DNA of 64,000 nucleotides from a virus, in IMG/VR virus record IMGVR_UViG_3300045941_000223, positions 1 to 64,000 of that record; one strand, written 5' to 3'. This document shows, one piece after another, positions 63,754-64,000 of this stretch; positions within the stretch are counted from its first letter, which is position 1; every line of letters begins with the position of its first letter. The notes beneath the pieces were generated by a model. The model ran no database searches. It saw only the letters and a list, made by a program, of their open reading frames with translations, and was not told the origin of the DNA. The position numbers were made by a program, and so were the translations under genes.

Positions 63754-64000
63754 CAGAACGGAACCTCGTCCTCTTCGATCGTGCGCAGGGGTCGCAGCTT
63801 GGCGGGCAGCGGTACCGGCACCGGGTCGCCGTTCTCGTCGTAGTCCCAAGCCTCGACGTGGCAGGCTTCGCCATCGGCGTTCATGGCACGGGCTTCGGCT
63901 TCAGCCGCCGCCAGCGTGGCGTACCACGTGCCGCCGCTGTGGCCGTCGTTGGTGACCACCAGCCAGAACCGGCCGTCCGGGCGCTCGTCGTCCTTACCGA
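63753..64000 (-). CDS. Hypothetical protein (5' end outside the window)
   Basis: Open frame ending EDEVPF. Confidence 0.5.
   Translation of the reverse strand, partial: GKDDERPDGRFWLVVTNDGHSGGTWYATLAAAEAEARAMNADGEACHVEAWDYDENGDPVPVPLPAKLRPLRTIEEDEVPF

Noticed and set aside
1-64000. tRNA, rRNA, integrase, transposase, att sites
   Set aside because: None recognised. The Mu-like tail does not imply transposition, and lifestyle cannot be decided from this window.

Overview
The window is about 64 kb of a GC-rich tailed-phage (or prophage) genome, probably infecting an alphaproteobacterium (inferred from promoter consensus and gene content). It appears to begin at or near the packaging (cos) region. 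Order on the + strand: small and large terminase (0.2-3.1 kb); a displaced fibre/hydrolase block (3.5-6.0 kb); five coupled multidomain effector-like genes (6.0-14.1 kb); a protease-capsid fusion, then portal and a collagen-like protein; neck genes; a Mu-like contractile tail with two paralogous tape-measure-like genes; baseplate; fibres; two endolysins (to 56 kb). Two blocks of small - strand early-type genes (14.3-21.0 kb and 56.1-64 kb) are driven by a repeated CTTG-N17-TATAT promoter carrying a TAGG-N9-CCTA dyad. The best candidate for an undescribed system is the five-gene array. Each protein has the same internal tag (F/Y)D...PRDExGRWTD, usually followed by an LAEDT-x-x-GY linker, and a different toxin-like payload (ADP-ribosyltransferase, GNAT, Cys-His peptidase-like, JAB, zeta kinase). 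One member shares its N-terminal domain with the capsid polyprotein and hides an overprinted 48-aa ORF. No integrase, replication genes, tRNA or CRISPR array were recognised. All domain calls come from motif recognition by eye, not database searches.
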